The notes: generated from the letters alone by a model not told the origin. Counted from the first letter of the stretch, positions 11,705 through 24,400 are shown. The stretch is DNA of 64,000 bases from Carcharhinus longimanus (GCA_030264375.1 JASCQW010000119.1:30711359-30775358); one strand, 5' to 3'. Numbers and translations are program-made.

Positions 11705-12064
11705 CTGAGAGGCAAAGGTGAAAACGTAGAAATATAAATTCATCAAGGCACAGTACTTTGAAATGCATCCAAGGTTTCTCATATTTCTCTCAACCAATTT
11801 CCTCCATGCACATGAACATAAATTGTTCCCCCTTGGCCATGGAGATTTGTTGTTGCTGTACTGGAGTGTGTCCTGTGCATTTTGTACGCATGATTCCAGC
11901 CATATTGCATGGAGAAAAGGAGCCTTAAAAAGTGATGAAATATGACAATGGAATCCAAATAATTCAGGTCTCTTTGGCTATAGACCGACGGTGAACTAAA
12001 CACAGGTAGTCCAATATAAATTAGTCATTGGAACTTTAGGATGAGAGAAATGTCCATTTGCATT

Positions 12065-12251
12065 CATCAATTTGCATTCATCAATCGAGGAATTGAATTT
12101 AGGAGTTGGGAGATAATGCTACAGCTGTACAAGACCCTGGTCAGACCCCACTTGGAGTACTGTGTTCAGTTCCTGTCGCTTCATTACAGAAAGGATGTGG
12201 AAGCCATAGAAAGGGTGCAGAGGAGATTTACAAGGATGTTGCCTGGATTGG
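12065..12251 (+). mobile_element. Young CR1 ORF2 fragment running into an N gap
   Basis: Uninterrupted FAFINRGIEFRSWEIMLQLYKTLVRPHLEYCVQF...ERVQRRFTRMLPGL. Confidence 0.9.
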
Positions 12252-12812
12252 NNNNNNNNNNNNNNNNNNNNNNNNNNNNNNNNNNNNNNNNNNNNNNNNN
12301 NNNNNNNNNNNNNNNNNNNNNNNNNNNNNNNNNNNNNNNNNNNNNNNNNNNGGTGGGGGGGGGGGGGGGGGGGGGCCCTCTATAAATTTAATACGCATGC
12401 ATAAAAACTGTCAGAATGGGCTGGAGCTGGAACTTTTTATCTGACTTTTGACCAGTATCAATGATCTTGATCTGCTGTGCCAAGTTAGCACAGGCAGATC
12501 TATGATACCAGGTTCCTGTTGTAGCACTGCATTCAGAGAGGCCTTCTTGCTGAAATGGACAACCTATCAAGGGCAGACTTCCGAGTATCCAAAACAGTGC
12601 AAAAGTATCAATTACAGGTATCATATTTGGAAATCTAAAAGCAATTTTCTGCCATGGTGCCGTAATCTGACGCAGATTGAGAAGGCAAGAATCGATTTCA
12701 CAAACAAGCTTATCAAGGTTGTTTTAGTCAATACATAACTTGACTGCCTTTTGGCTTACATCGATGAATACTGTGCTGTCGCGTGAGGATTTTCTATTTC
12801 ACAAAAGGGAAG

Positions 12813-13245
12813 AAAAAACTGCATTTATATAGCAGCTTTCACAATGTCCCAATATCTCTGGGCAGCACGGTGGCACAGTGGTTAGCACTGCTGCCTCACA
12901 GCGCCAGGCATCCAGATTCGATTCTCAGTTTGGGTCACTGTCTGTGTGGAGTCTGCATGTTCTCCCCCTCTCTTCTGCGTGGGTTTCCTCTGGTTTCCTC
13001 CCACAATCCGAAAGATGTGCTAGTTAGGTGCATTGGCCGTGCTAAATTCTCCCTCAGCGTACCCAAACCGGCACAGAGTGTGACAACTTCATTGCAGTGT
13101 TAATGTAAACCTACTTGTGATACTAATCAATAAACAAAAAGCACTTCACAGATAAATGATGGACTATTGAAGAGTAGGAAATACCTAAAAACTTCAGCGA
13201 AATAATGACCAGACAATCTGTCATTAGCTGAGTGGTGAATATTGT
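12813..13245 (-). mobile_element. SacSINE1-like DeuSINE fragment split by an HE1 insertion
   Basis: actgcatttatatagcagctttcacaatgtccca [SINE] aagcacttcacag...aataatgaccagacaatctg, homologous to 13900-14310. Confidence 0.55.
12860..13135 (+). mobile_element. HE1-type V-SINE, full length, alternative tail
   Basis: Head gggcagcacggtggcacagtggttagcactgctgcctcacagcgccagg; tail aacttcattgcagtgttaatgtaaacctacttgtga...aataaa. Confidence 0.9.
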
Positions 13246-13434
13246 TGGGGATTTTAGAATGTCAGGCTATTATACAGCATCCTTGAATCTCCTGCTAATT
13301 CTGGTAATCCACAATTTCCAGAAGAATGGTTACTTCTCTTCCACTTGTTTATTAAACTTGGGTGAGAATATATCTTTTCTGGTGCAGATCCCATCAGGAT
13401 GCATACATATATGCAATTAGCTATTACATTATTA

Positions 13435-13832
13435 ATAGCTCGGTCTTTTCTCCTTGGAGGAACGAAGGATGAGGGGTGACATGATAGAGGTGTAAAAGAT
13501 GATGAGAGGTATTGATCGAGTGGATTCTCAGAGGCTTTTTACCAGGGCTGAAATGGTTGCCACAAGAGGATACAGGTTTAGGGTGCTGGGGAGTAGGTAC
13601 AGAGGAGATGTCAGGGGTAAGTTTTTCACTCAAAGAGTGGTGGATGCATGGAATTGGCTGCTGGTGGTGGTGGTGGAGGCGGATTCAATAGGGTCTTTTC
13701 AGAGACTTTTGGAGAAGTACATGGAACTTAGTAAGATGGACGGTTATATGTAAGCCTAGTAGTAGGGACATGTTTGGTGCAACTTGTGGGCCAAAGGCCC
13801 TGTTTGTGCTGTAGTTTTTCTATGCTTCTATT
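13435..13832 (+). mobile_element. CR1 ORF2 C-terminus and 3' tail
   Basis: MRGIDRVDSQRLF...TRGYRF..DVRGKFFTQRVVDAWN; tail gggccaaaggccctgtttgtgctgtagtttttctatg. Confidence 0.9.
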
Positions 13833-13899
13833 AAATGGATTACAAACAATTCTGATTCTGTTCCCTTCTCCTAACTCTCAGACACAACTGCCAATCAAA

Positions 13900-14315
13900 G
13901 AATGAACGATAGGAAGACATACTATTAAAAATCACCTTTTGTGACCATGGCATGCACCAAAGGACTTGACAACCAATGAAGTATTTTTGAAGTATAGTCG
14001 CTGTATCATAGGAACCATGCCAGCTACTCTGCACTTGGCAGGATGCCTCAAACAGCAATGTGATAATGACCAGATAATCTGCTTTTGTGATGTTAATTCA
14101 GGAATAAATATTAGCCAGGACAACAATGAGAACTCTCCTGCCTATCTTTGAAATAGTGCCACAGGATTTTTATGTTTACCTGAGAGGGTAAACTGAGGCT
14201 TGGTTTAAAGTCTCATCCATGCTGGAGTGGAGTGTCAACTCTGATTTTTGCTTTAAGACTCGACTGGGACTTGAACTCACAGCCTTCTGATTCAGAGACA
14301 GAAGTATGACCAACC
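13900..14315 (-). mobile_element. SacSINE1-like DeuSINE
   Basis: ccaatgaagtatttttgaagtatagtc...aacagcaatgtgataatgaccagataatctg...gggacttgaactcacagccttctgattcagag (B box on the minus strand). Confidence 0.75.
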
Positions 14316-14389
14316 GGGCAATGACTGAACAATCAAAGTCATAACCTAGGCTGAACTTGGCTCATTGATCAATTGAAGATGAGTCAGAC

Positions 14390-14525
14390 ATCTTAAAAAA
14401 GAGTTACACAGACTCACGACATTAACTTGGTTTCTCTCTCCGCCGATGCTGCCAAACCTGCTGAGGTTTTCCAGTATTTTTGGTTTCTATTTCAGATTTC
14501 TAGTATCTACCGTATTTCATTTTTT
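14390..14525 (+). mobile_element. Penelope-like terminal repeat with a decayed hammerhead motif
   Basis: gagttacacagactcacgacattaacttggtttctctctccgccgatgctgccaaacctgctgag, homologous to 2138-2232. Confidence 0.6.
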
Positions 14526-14684
14526 AAAATCCTTTTGAATCATTGCCTGTGTAAAAACCTTTCCACTCCTTGTAACTATGTAAATATTGCTTTGAAAAGA
14601 TCTGCACATACTGATTCTCAGGAGGAACTATAACTAAAGTTGAATGAGTTAATTTAAATCGGTTGAGAGAATACTGCCCTAACT

Positions 14685-14960
14685 GGGCAGCACGGTGGCA
14701 CAATGGCTGGCACTGCTGCCTCACAGCACCAGGGTCTCCAGTTCGATTCCTGACTTGGGTTACTGTCTGTGTGGAGTTTGCATGTTCTCCCTGTATCTGT
14801 GTGGGTTTCCTCCAGCTGCTCCGGCTTCCTCCCATAGGCTAAAAAACATGCTGGTTAGGTGCATTGACCTGAACAGGCGCCAGAATGTGGCGGCTACAGG
14901 AATTTCTCAGTAACTTCGTTGTAGCGTTAATGTAAGGCTTATTTGTGACTAATATATAAA
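14685..14960 (+). mobile_element. HE1-type V-SINE, alternative tail, candidate TSD CTAACT
   Basis: Full tRNA-like head; tail matches the 12860 copy; ctaact at 14679-14684 and 14963-14968. Confidence 0.9.
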
Positions 14961-15679
14961 TACTAACTTCAGTAATCAGGTTCCTGATCTAAGCCCTTCT
15001 CCAATCCCGCCACTGAGGCAATAAGCCAGCAGCCAACCCATGCCAATGAGGCAGGTTGCTATTTTAAATATGATAACAAATTTAACTGTTGTCCGCCTGG
15101 TTTTATGAGCCTCAGGAAACCTGGCAGCTCCCTCCAGCCAAGGAGTTGTTGGTTCCAGGAAGTGAGTGCCTTTACTTTGAGCTCCTGGATCTAGAGACTT
15201 TCTGGAATCAGATTGCCTTCTAGGTGAACCCCCACAATCAGGCCATCCCACCCCACCTCACGTAAACCTCCCCTTAATGTTTCTGATCCTTGGTCCCAAA
15301 GTTTCTGGAAGCCCCTGCACAGTTATGACATTGCCTCTATGCCCCTGGTCCACACCCTAGGCTAGTAATCCCACTCAAATAGGCACTGGCCTCTTCTCTG
15401 TACCTCCAAACACTCCCAGTACTCCCATTCCCCTCATAAGCTTCAAATTCATTTCCAAAGCCTCCAATTGTCCCATCCCAGACTCCAGTGTCCAGACTTC
15501 CAAACACACCCTCCCATCCCAGCACCAGATCTCTGATCCCATCAGTTAGTTTGGCTGTGGTTCCTATCAGTGATGTTACACATAGTGTGCAGGGACATCC
15601 CCAATTCCAGATTCCTGCTCCCAGCAGGACAGGTAGGTAAAAAATTATGCCTTTAGAATGAGTTTTGTTATAATAATGC

Positions 15680-17020
15680 AAACAGAGGAAGCAGCATGCG
15701 ATAGACAGAGCTAAGCAATCTCACAAGCAATGGATCAAATCTAAGCTCTGCAGTCCTGCCTCATCCAGTCTTGAGTGGATGAATGGTGAAAGACAATTAA
15801 ACAACTAACAGGAGGAGTGAATACCCTTGATAACAAGTTAGCATTTGACTGAGTGCAGCATCAAGGAGCCCTGACAAAACTAGAGTCAATGAGAATCAGA
15901 GGGAAAATTTCCCATTTGTTGGATCATACTTTGCACAAAGGGCTTTGTGGTTCTGCTCAAAATCAATGGACGGTTGGCTGCTCTCCAAATTTTCTGGTTC
16001 CTCCTGCATCAATTCTATTATTGGCAGGGGCAGAAAATCCTGGCCATTGTCATTGCTGGAGGTCAATTATCTTTGTCCTGGGGCATTGCTGCAATATTTC
16101 CTCGGGATGGTGTCCCAGGCCCAGCCAACTTCAGCTGCTTCACCAATTATCTTCACTCTATAATGTCAGAGGTGGGAATGTTCACTGATTGCACAATATT
16201 GAACATGCAACTTCTCAGCTATTGAAACAACTGTGTCAATATGCAGCAAGATCTGGACAACATTCAAGCTTGGACTGATAAATGACAAGTAACATTTGTG
16301 CCACACAAGTGCGGGCAATGATCATCTCCGACAAAACAGAATCCAGTCATCGCCCTTTGACATTCAATGTCATTACCATCACTAAATCCTCCACTGTCAA
16401 CATCATAGGGTTACCATTAACCAGAGGCTGAAGTAGACCAGCCATATAAATACTTTGGCTACAAGAGTAGGTCAGAGGCTGGGAATTCTACAGACAGGAA
16501 CTGACTTTCTGACTTCCTTAAAGCTGTCCCCCATCAATAAGTCAGAAGTCAGAATGTGATGGAATACTCTCCATTTGCCTGGATGAGTGTAGCTCCAACA
16601 ACAATCAAGAAGCTTGACACCATCCAGAACAAAGCAACCCACTTGATTGGCACTCCCTCCACCACTGGCATACAGGGGCAACAGTTTCTACCATCTCAGC
16701 AATTCACCAGGTGTCTGTTGACACCTTCCAAATTGCAACTTCTACCACAAAGGCAACAAATGCACAGGAACACCACCACTTCCAAGTTCCCCACCAAGTC
16801 ACACACCACCCTGATTTGGAACTAATCGCCATTCCTTCACTGTCGCTAGGTCAAAATCCTGGAACTCCCTCCCTAATAGCAATGTTTATGCTCCAACACC
16901 ACATGGGCTGCAAAGGTTCAGGAAGGCAGCTCACCACCACCTTTCAAAGGCAATTTGTGACGGGCAATAAATGGTGGCCTCACCAGTAATGCCCGCATCC
17001 CAAGAATGGATAAGTTAAAA
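15680..17020 (+). mobile_element. CR1/L2-group LINE (RT and 3' UTR), internally deleted, MITE inserted at about 15955-16045
   Basis: AFD*VQHQGALTKLESMRIRGK; NFSCFTNYLHSIMSEVGMFTDCT (decayed FADD); MEYSPFAWMSVAPTTIKKLDTIQNKA; tail gggcaataaatggtggcc...catcccaagaatggataag. Confidence 0.8.
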
Positions 17021-18018
17021 AAATCCAATGCCCGACGAGTTGATACAAATAACTCGAAAGAAAGAACTTGTATTTCGGTATCACATTTAACTTCCTTAAA
17101 ACTTCCCAAAAGAAAACTTCCAATATAGTGAAAGTATATTTGCAATGTGATGTCGGTAAACACAATAGCCAATGTTCACAATAGAAAGCACCTCTTTCTA
17201 TTTTTCTTTTGGAAGCAAAGTACAGACATATTAATTGACCTTCTATTGAAAGATAATGTGAATTTCTGTACTTACAGGAACAGTCCACAGAAATTATAAT
17301 TAAGTCTATGAATGTAATTAGTAATAAGGGATTTGAATCAATAACTTAATGCAGGTAAAAGTGTTTTATTGTTGTCACAATGTTATATCTATTTTGCACA
17401 GTGAGATATACTGCACTAGTCATTGCCCTGTATGTATGCATTATAATTAAGTTATAATTCATGTTATGAAATTTAAATTCAGCTACTGACTTTGCTTTGA
17501 CATCTCTTCCAAATCTATCCTGATGCAATTATATTAAATATTCTTTGTTTCTACTTTTGAATTTATAGCTTCTCCATATTACAACCAAATCTTCTATAGA
17601 GCAAAATTTGCTTTCATTGAAGTTGTTAACAGTCGATGTTCATACAGAAACAGCAGTGACAACATCAAATAAAAAGTATTTGGAAAAGGTCTAAAACAAT
17701 CTTAAAGCAATTGCTAACAGCAACTGTACTAACAAGAACGTAACAATTTTTAAATTGTGTTACCTCCAATAAGGTAGCAACAACATACCAGAAATGAATG
17801 GGAGAATTTCAAATAGTCCAACATCAGTAGTGTAATCATCAATAGTTTGAAAAGTTCTCATCTTTAGTTCAACACCAAGTCAGTTTTTGTCCAAAGCACA
17901 TTTGTAATGTGGCCTTGGTGAATCCATCATAATTGATACATTTTAATAATTTTAAATATAGTTGAAGCATCTCTTCTGGTATACAAATTGTTCCTCAATT
18001 GTCCTCAGTTCCATGTAC

Positions 18019-18314
18019 TAGGTTGCCAACTGCCAGGCATCCAGCCAGAAACTATTTCCTTATCAATTCTGCCTCCTCATCACCCGAGAAATTTTTTCAG
18101 TATGCTCTCAGTATTCCGAGCCAATCCATTATGAGGCACTCCATTCCAAAATGTGTCTTTGGGCTGCTGCCAATCAGGATAATCATCCCAGCATCAGAAA
18201 CCAATCCAGTTACCAGAGACATTTAGTTACAACGATGCACAATTAACTCCACAGCTTCATCTTTCTAATGCAGGCCAGAAGGGCAGGTCAGCAGCAATCC
18301 AGTTTGGCAATCTA
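18019..18314. mobile_element. Possible hAT (Blackjack-like) MITE
   Basis: Termini taggttgccaac ... gtttggcaatcta, similar to 39630-39939; no TSD visible. Confidence 0.4.
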
Positions 18315-20114
18315 CCGGCTCCAACAACCTGTCCAATTCTAGGTCAGTCCTAGCAGAATGGCTACACCTGAAATGTGAACTTGCCTTTCCATTTTACAAG
18401 TATTGCTTGATCTACAAAGAATTTCCAGGAATTCCTGTTTAATTTTAGATTTCAAGCATATTTTAAAAAATATTTGGACGCATTACCAATTCTAACGAGA
18501 CAAACAGATCCACAGCTCTGCCAACCTCTTTACATTGTATTCACTCTAAACAGGAATTAATATCATAATCGCCACAAGGGGCACAACAGGCAGAATAAAA
18601 GAAATGTTGAGACAGATATAAGAAGTGGCGGAAATGAAGATCTCAATATTTCAAAACATGCCCATGAAACATAAATTAGGAATACAGATTTTAAAACAAG
18701 TGGATTTTTTTCCCACTGCTGCTACTAACTCTTCCAGCATCTCACCCGTCATTGTGCTTCTGAACGTATAATATACACAACTCATAAGAAAGGAAATTGA
18801 ATTCACTTATGGTGTACAAATCAAATCCTTGACAAATAACAAGCGATTAGTGACTCAGATATTCCTGAATATCATAAAATGGCGCAGCTATTGTACTGAG
18901 AAAAAAATCAGTGATGGAAACCCACTGGAGCCAATAAGGAAGAATATCAATAAAGAAGTGCTAAATGGGTCTTGTGATTCTAAGAGAAGCCCTTTTGAAA
19001 GATTATTTTTAGCACACAATTTTCAGACTAACTGTTGATTATCATGATTGAGTGGCCTGCATAGACATTAAAATAAAAATGCAACTTTACTGGGATTATA
19101 AATGTAGCTAATACTCAGGCACTTTCATTGAAGATGTGGAGAACAATGACTGAGCATGAAATGATGCCCTGAGAAACAAGGCAAATGTGCTTAGGTATTC
19201 CAGTGAAGCACTGAATATACTGGTGGAAGAGGTAGAGAAAAGCAGGGGGCGGGGGATTTGGAATGGAGGACAGAGAGACAGCCAATGCACAAACTGCAGG
19301 AGGGGATTGTCCAGGAGTCTTTGCCCGATGCTAGAATACATTCAATGGTCAAGTTAAGANNNNNNNNNNNNNNNNNNNNNNNNNNNNNNNNNNNNATAAC
19401 TGTATGTCCACTCAACACAATTCATCCACCATCTAAGTATATACTGACATTCACATAACATATGGTATTGTATTTTCTAGAATCATTATTCACTCCTCAC
19501 TTTCATTCAGACAAATGTTGCAACTCTTCAGCAATATGCTGCATCTCCCACACATCAATATGCCTGCTAATACATGCTTTTACAATCAGCACTCTCTCTG
19601 CCTGGTGGAGATCAAACATGTGTGCATGAAGTCATTCTCATTGAGAAGGCATGTGGGGGGGTGGAGGGAATGGGACAAGCATGGCCCGATGAAGTGTAGA
19701 GCACATATTGCCTTGAGGTATATAACCATTCCAGCTTCCTTACAGATACAGATCCATTACTGATACCTAATCACCTGAACATCTCTTCACTCCCAAGCTC
19801 CATATGGTCTGATCACACACATCCTCCTTTGGTGGGATTCTCCAACACACTGACTTTCCCACTTGTCTAAAACAAGGGTGGAGAATCCTGGCCATATTTT
19901 TTGTCCTAATTCCCTAGATTATTATTTTTGGAAGCCTGCTTTTTCCAGCTCCCTGGTCCTATCCAGATCATTTTGGTTCATCTTAAAACAAAACCGAAAT
20001 ATTCTTTCTAACCCAAGTTAATCTGGTTGCTAAGCAACAACCTAATTTTCTTTCAACCCCTGTTTAATTTCATGTCATGAATGCTTTAATTTCAATGCAA
20101 TTACAATAAGCTGA

Positions 20115-20480
20115 GTAAATGGTATAGTGGTATTGTCATTGGAATAGTAATCCAGAGATTTAGGATAATTCTCTAGGACTCCTCCAATCCATTTTATTGA
20201 ATTCAGATTTAACCATGGCAGATGGTTAAATCTGAATTCAAGAAAAATCTGGAATTAAAAGTCTACTGATGACCATGAATCCATTGTTGAACATCGTAAA
20301 ATCCCATCTGGTTCACTAATGTCCTTTAGGGAAGGAAATCTGCTGCCCTTACATGATCTGGCCTACATGTGATTCCAGACCCACTGCAATGTGGTTGACT
20401 CTTAAATGCCTTCAGGGATGGGCAACAACTGCTGGCCCAGTCAGGGACACCCACTTCCCATGAACAAATAAATTTTAAAA
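20115..20480 (+). mobile_element. tRNA-derived SINE family 2
   Basis: tggtatagtggtattgtcattgg head; core catctggttcactaatgtcctttagggaaggaaatctgc; tail gggatgggcaacaactgctggcc. Homologous to 33020 and 53017. Confidence 0.8.
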
Positions 20481-20569
20481 AACATAATTTAAAATAACCA
20501 AACCGCACAGACATACAGGCACTTCCATTCAACACTAAACTAACTAAAGTTTTAATCTTTTCTTATACA

Positions 20570-20990
20570 GAAACACAGTTGGGCTATTGTGCCAATCATC
20601 AAAGATCTGGCTACACTAATCCCATTTTCCAGGGCTTGGCTTATGGTCCTGGAGATTACAGCAGCATAAGTGTATATCTATATACTTCTTAAATGTTACA
20701 AGAGTCTCTGGCTCAAGCACCCTATCAGGCAGTGAGTTCCAGACTCCCACCACCCTCTGGGTGCAAGAGTTTCTCCTCAATTTCACTTTTAGCATTGTAT
20801 CTCTTACTTTAAATCTATACCCCTGGTTATTGACCCTGCTATCCTTGGAAAAAGTTCCTTCTTATCCACCCTATCTATGCTCCTCATAATTTAATACACA
20901 TATATCAGGCACCCCACTCAATCTTTGCTGCTCCAAGGAAAACAGCCCTGGCCTACTCAGTCTTTCCTTGTAGCTCAGACCTGCCAGCCG
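20570..20990 (-). mobile_element. CR1 3' fragment
   Basis: Minus strand reads LAGLSYKERLSRPGLFSLEQQRLSG. Confidence 0.8.
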
Positions 20991-21744
20991 CAAGCACTTT
21001 AAGTCATACCCTAATTCTAATAGCCACAAATACAAATATAGATTATTTAAACTACTTCTGTTTCTGGACACAGCCGAAAGACTAGCTGAGAAGAGGGATC
21101 TCCACATTGGATTACATTGGGACATTAATGGGAAGCACCATGATGGAACGGTACCACAGCTGCCACCTTTCCTGGAGACATGGTTCCACCTTAGTACAGC
21201 CACAGAGGAGTTAAATGAGGATTTTGTAGAGCCAGACTTCAGAAGAAGGTTGATTGAAGTGAAAAACCAAATATTTGGTAAGATGGAGTCTGCCTGTGGG
21301 TCGATAGTTCTTATCTGAGGGAGGAATCTTGATCTGTGGCTGGAAGCAGAGTCTGGAACTCACCCTGTCCAGATTGGAGAAGCTGTTGAATTCCAGTCTT
21401 GAGCCCGCCATCATGCAGCATCCAATGACTGAGGTTATAGCTTCTCCTGCACCTTGCACAGAATGTCAAACAGTTGCAATGGGAGCTCAGGAAGCTATCA
21501 TGGTGGCTTTCAAAAGTTGGTTTGGTCATATTTACGTAATTTGATTTTGATGTATATAAACAGTAATTATAGTCAGCGGGTAGCACTAAGAGAAGTTGCC
21601 ACCAAAATGGCTTCTTTATTGCTAACAAGCAATTTATGAATGATCTTTTTGGTAGCAGTTCCTTGTGCTGACCGCAACTCCTTCTGCAACCTATATCTGC
21701 AGCTTAATATCCCAGTTTGATAAATTCTTTATTTCTTTAGCGCT

Positions 21745-21974
21745 TGTGATGATTTCAGCCAGGCTAATGAGGTTGGCTTGCTAGAGTATGAACCACCTGA
21801 TGAGATTTATTTGATGGTTAAATCAGAAAGCCTCATACTCCCTATTTAAAGCAGGTATGTCAGACTCCCAGCCTGCATTCAGCAGGGTGCAACTGGAGAG
21901 CTGGTTGTGTTCAGATGTATGGTGTAAATAAAGTAACTTGGTGATAGGACTTTCACCTCTGTGGAGTCGTTACT
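21745..21974 (+). mobile_element. Solo LTR (230 bp) with 5-bp TSD GCGCT
   Basis: gcgct|TGTGATGA...TCGTTACT|gcgct; internal TATTTAAA and AATAAA. Confidence 0.75.
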
Positions 21975-22518
21975 GCGCTGGAAGCCTTTGGCCAATATCA
22001 CCCAAAGCACGTGCCCATGAAGAAAAGTAGGCACTAGACATTGATCTTTTGATACATACTGCTGACCACTTTGTTAATTTTGATATGCTTTGTATTCTCA
22101 TACAAAGCTAAATTTTAAAACATATGCAAGGATCCTATGGATATCTTTCTAGCGAAAGAAATGTTGATGAGAAATTAATTAAATCTATTTCAGTGTATGA
22201 ATGATGTCAAGGGGATTTCTATTAATCTGGCTCAATCTTTTCCTCATAAAGACAGTCAAAAGTATTCACATCATATTTTGTTTAGAGTGTGATCTATGAA
22301 CAGAGCCTTTGGGAAACTGGAAGATTGTGGAAATATTGCAAAGAAAATTTGGCAACACACTGCACTAAACTTTGAATGAAGATGAAGTGACTTATAACAA
22401 GTATGAAATTGGCAAGAGGATTGATATGCTGCTGACCTAAAAGTTAAATATTTAATAGGCATGCCCCACCTAACTACTTGACTGATTAGAATACAGAGGT
22501 ATTACCAGCAGATCCTAA

Positions 22519-22825
22519 TGGGTGGCACAGCGGTTAGCCTCAGAGGCCAGAGACCCGGGTTCGATTCCGGTCTCGGGTCACTGTCTGTGTAGTGTTTGTA
22601 CATTCTCCCCATGTCTGCATGGGTTTCCTCCAGGTGCTCCGGTTCCCTCCTATAGTCCAAAGATGTGCTGGTTAGGTGGATTGGTCATGCTAAATTGGCC
22701 CTAGTGTCAGGGGATTAGCAGGTTAAATATGTGGGGTTATGGGAGTAGGGCCTGAGTGGGATTGTGATTGGTGCAGCCCAGATGGGTTGAATGGCCTCCT
22801 TCTGCACTGTACGGATTCTATGACA
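22519..22825 (+). mobile_element. HE1-type V-SINE with CR1 tail
   Basis: B box ccgggttcgattcc; central domain; tail gaatggcctccttctgcactgtacggattctatga. Confidence 0.9.
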
Positions 22826-23924
22826 TGTTGCTTATACAACTATAATTTCTTGTGCAATTTCTGATAAGATGTGGCATTCACTACCAACTGCCAAGATGTT
22901 CTCCCTCAAACTCTGAAGTTAACTGTATTTGGAGAGCAAAATGTTAATCTAGGGGAGCTAATAAAAGTCTTACTCGCTAAGCAACAAACAACTACTGTCG
23001 AAATTTGCTAGGATGGATTTTCACAGCTCTTAAATCATGTTGCAGTTATCAGTTGCACTGCTGACCCTTTTCCATATATTCTGTAAGTACATTATGTATA
23101 ATATTTCTGTAATATTTCACATGTAACCTTTTGTATTATATCTCTCATTACACAATTTATTTTCAGCAAGTATTTCATTGTTTACTCGCTTGTGCATTGA
23201 AGCGAAAACATTCTTTCTACATTTGCTGCAAAATACAATTTGTTTTTACACTGTTCAACCGAAAGGAAGAGAGAGAAACTTCCTTCAGGTTAATCTAAAT
23301 TAACCCTTCCTCCTTGATATTTATCCATGACATTTTAAATCAAGTGAGCAGACTTCTTACTACTGTAATAATATTGTAAAATAATTCAAAATAATAAAAA
23401 GCGCAATTTATGTTCCTCTTTGCAATGCTGAACTAGACAGAGCTGTTGTTTCTCTTCCTGCGCCTAATGGTGCACAAGGCAGACTTTTATCTGTTTCCGT
23501 AGCTAACACAGGTCACTAGTCTAGGGTCTTATAGCTTGAGGAGCACAACTCGCATCAAGCATGGCTGACCAGGAGTCTCTCCCAGTCTTACCACCTGCCA
23601 TTGGCATATGTTGTTGTNNNNNNNNNNCCTATTTGGCTGCATCATGAAATGCATCTTCCCTTGGCCATCAAGTGCTGATGGGACTCTAACCAAGAGTTTA
23701 TGGCTCAGAAATAGGGTCACTATCATTGTGCCACAGGACCTCTTGGGTTTGTACTGGATTGCCTGATTTCAGCCTGGACAGTGTCTTATTGCTATAATAG
23801 GCCTTAGTATGGAAAAGCTCACATTTCCTGTTTTTAGCTACTACTGGGAGACTCCCTGTACATATGTAGACTTTTGCTGAGAACATGGCCAGACTCAGTT
23901 GTGATGCCTTCCACAGCTTGAAAA

Positions 23925-24400
23925 CTTCAGCTGGTAGCACTTTGGCCTCTGAGTCAGCAAATTATGAGCTTGAGCCCTGTGGCAAAATTGAAACATGTAG
24001 GGTGGGATTTTCCAGCTACGCTCACCCCAAGTCTGTAAAATCCTGCCCAATATCAATGGACCTTTGCATGGCCTGAGTCCCATGGCAGGCAGGATGGGAA
24101 AATTCTGCCCATAATCTAGACTCACATTTCTGTGCTGCTGTTGGAGGGGCCATCTGACAGATGGGATGGCCAACCTGTTCAGATGGGCGTTAAAGGTCGC
24201 ATGGCATGAGGAGACATTCTCCCATCCAACATCATCAGAAATAGATTAACTGTCCATTGCTGGTCATGAGATCCTTTTGTGAATATTTGCCTGCATTGCT
24301 AACAACAACTGCACTTCAAAAAGGTAGTTTGTTGCATGTGAAACACTTTGGGACATCCTTAATGAGGTGATAAGGCATTATACAAACTCAAATAGTTTCC
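23925..24400 (+). mobile_element. SacSINE1-like DeuSINE with a Harbinger MITE at 24000-24110
   Basis: Head tggtagcactttggcctctgagtcag; tail aacactttgggacatcc...ggcattatacaaactcaa; MITE gta|gggtgggattttcc...ggaaaattctgccc|ata. Confidence 0.7.

Noticed and set aside
12352-12375. Poly-G run, and the GT/G runs at 36882-36931
   Set aside because: Low-complexity sequence at gap edges and possibly a sequencing artefact; no basis for a G-quadruplex claim.
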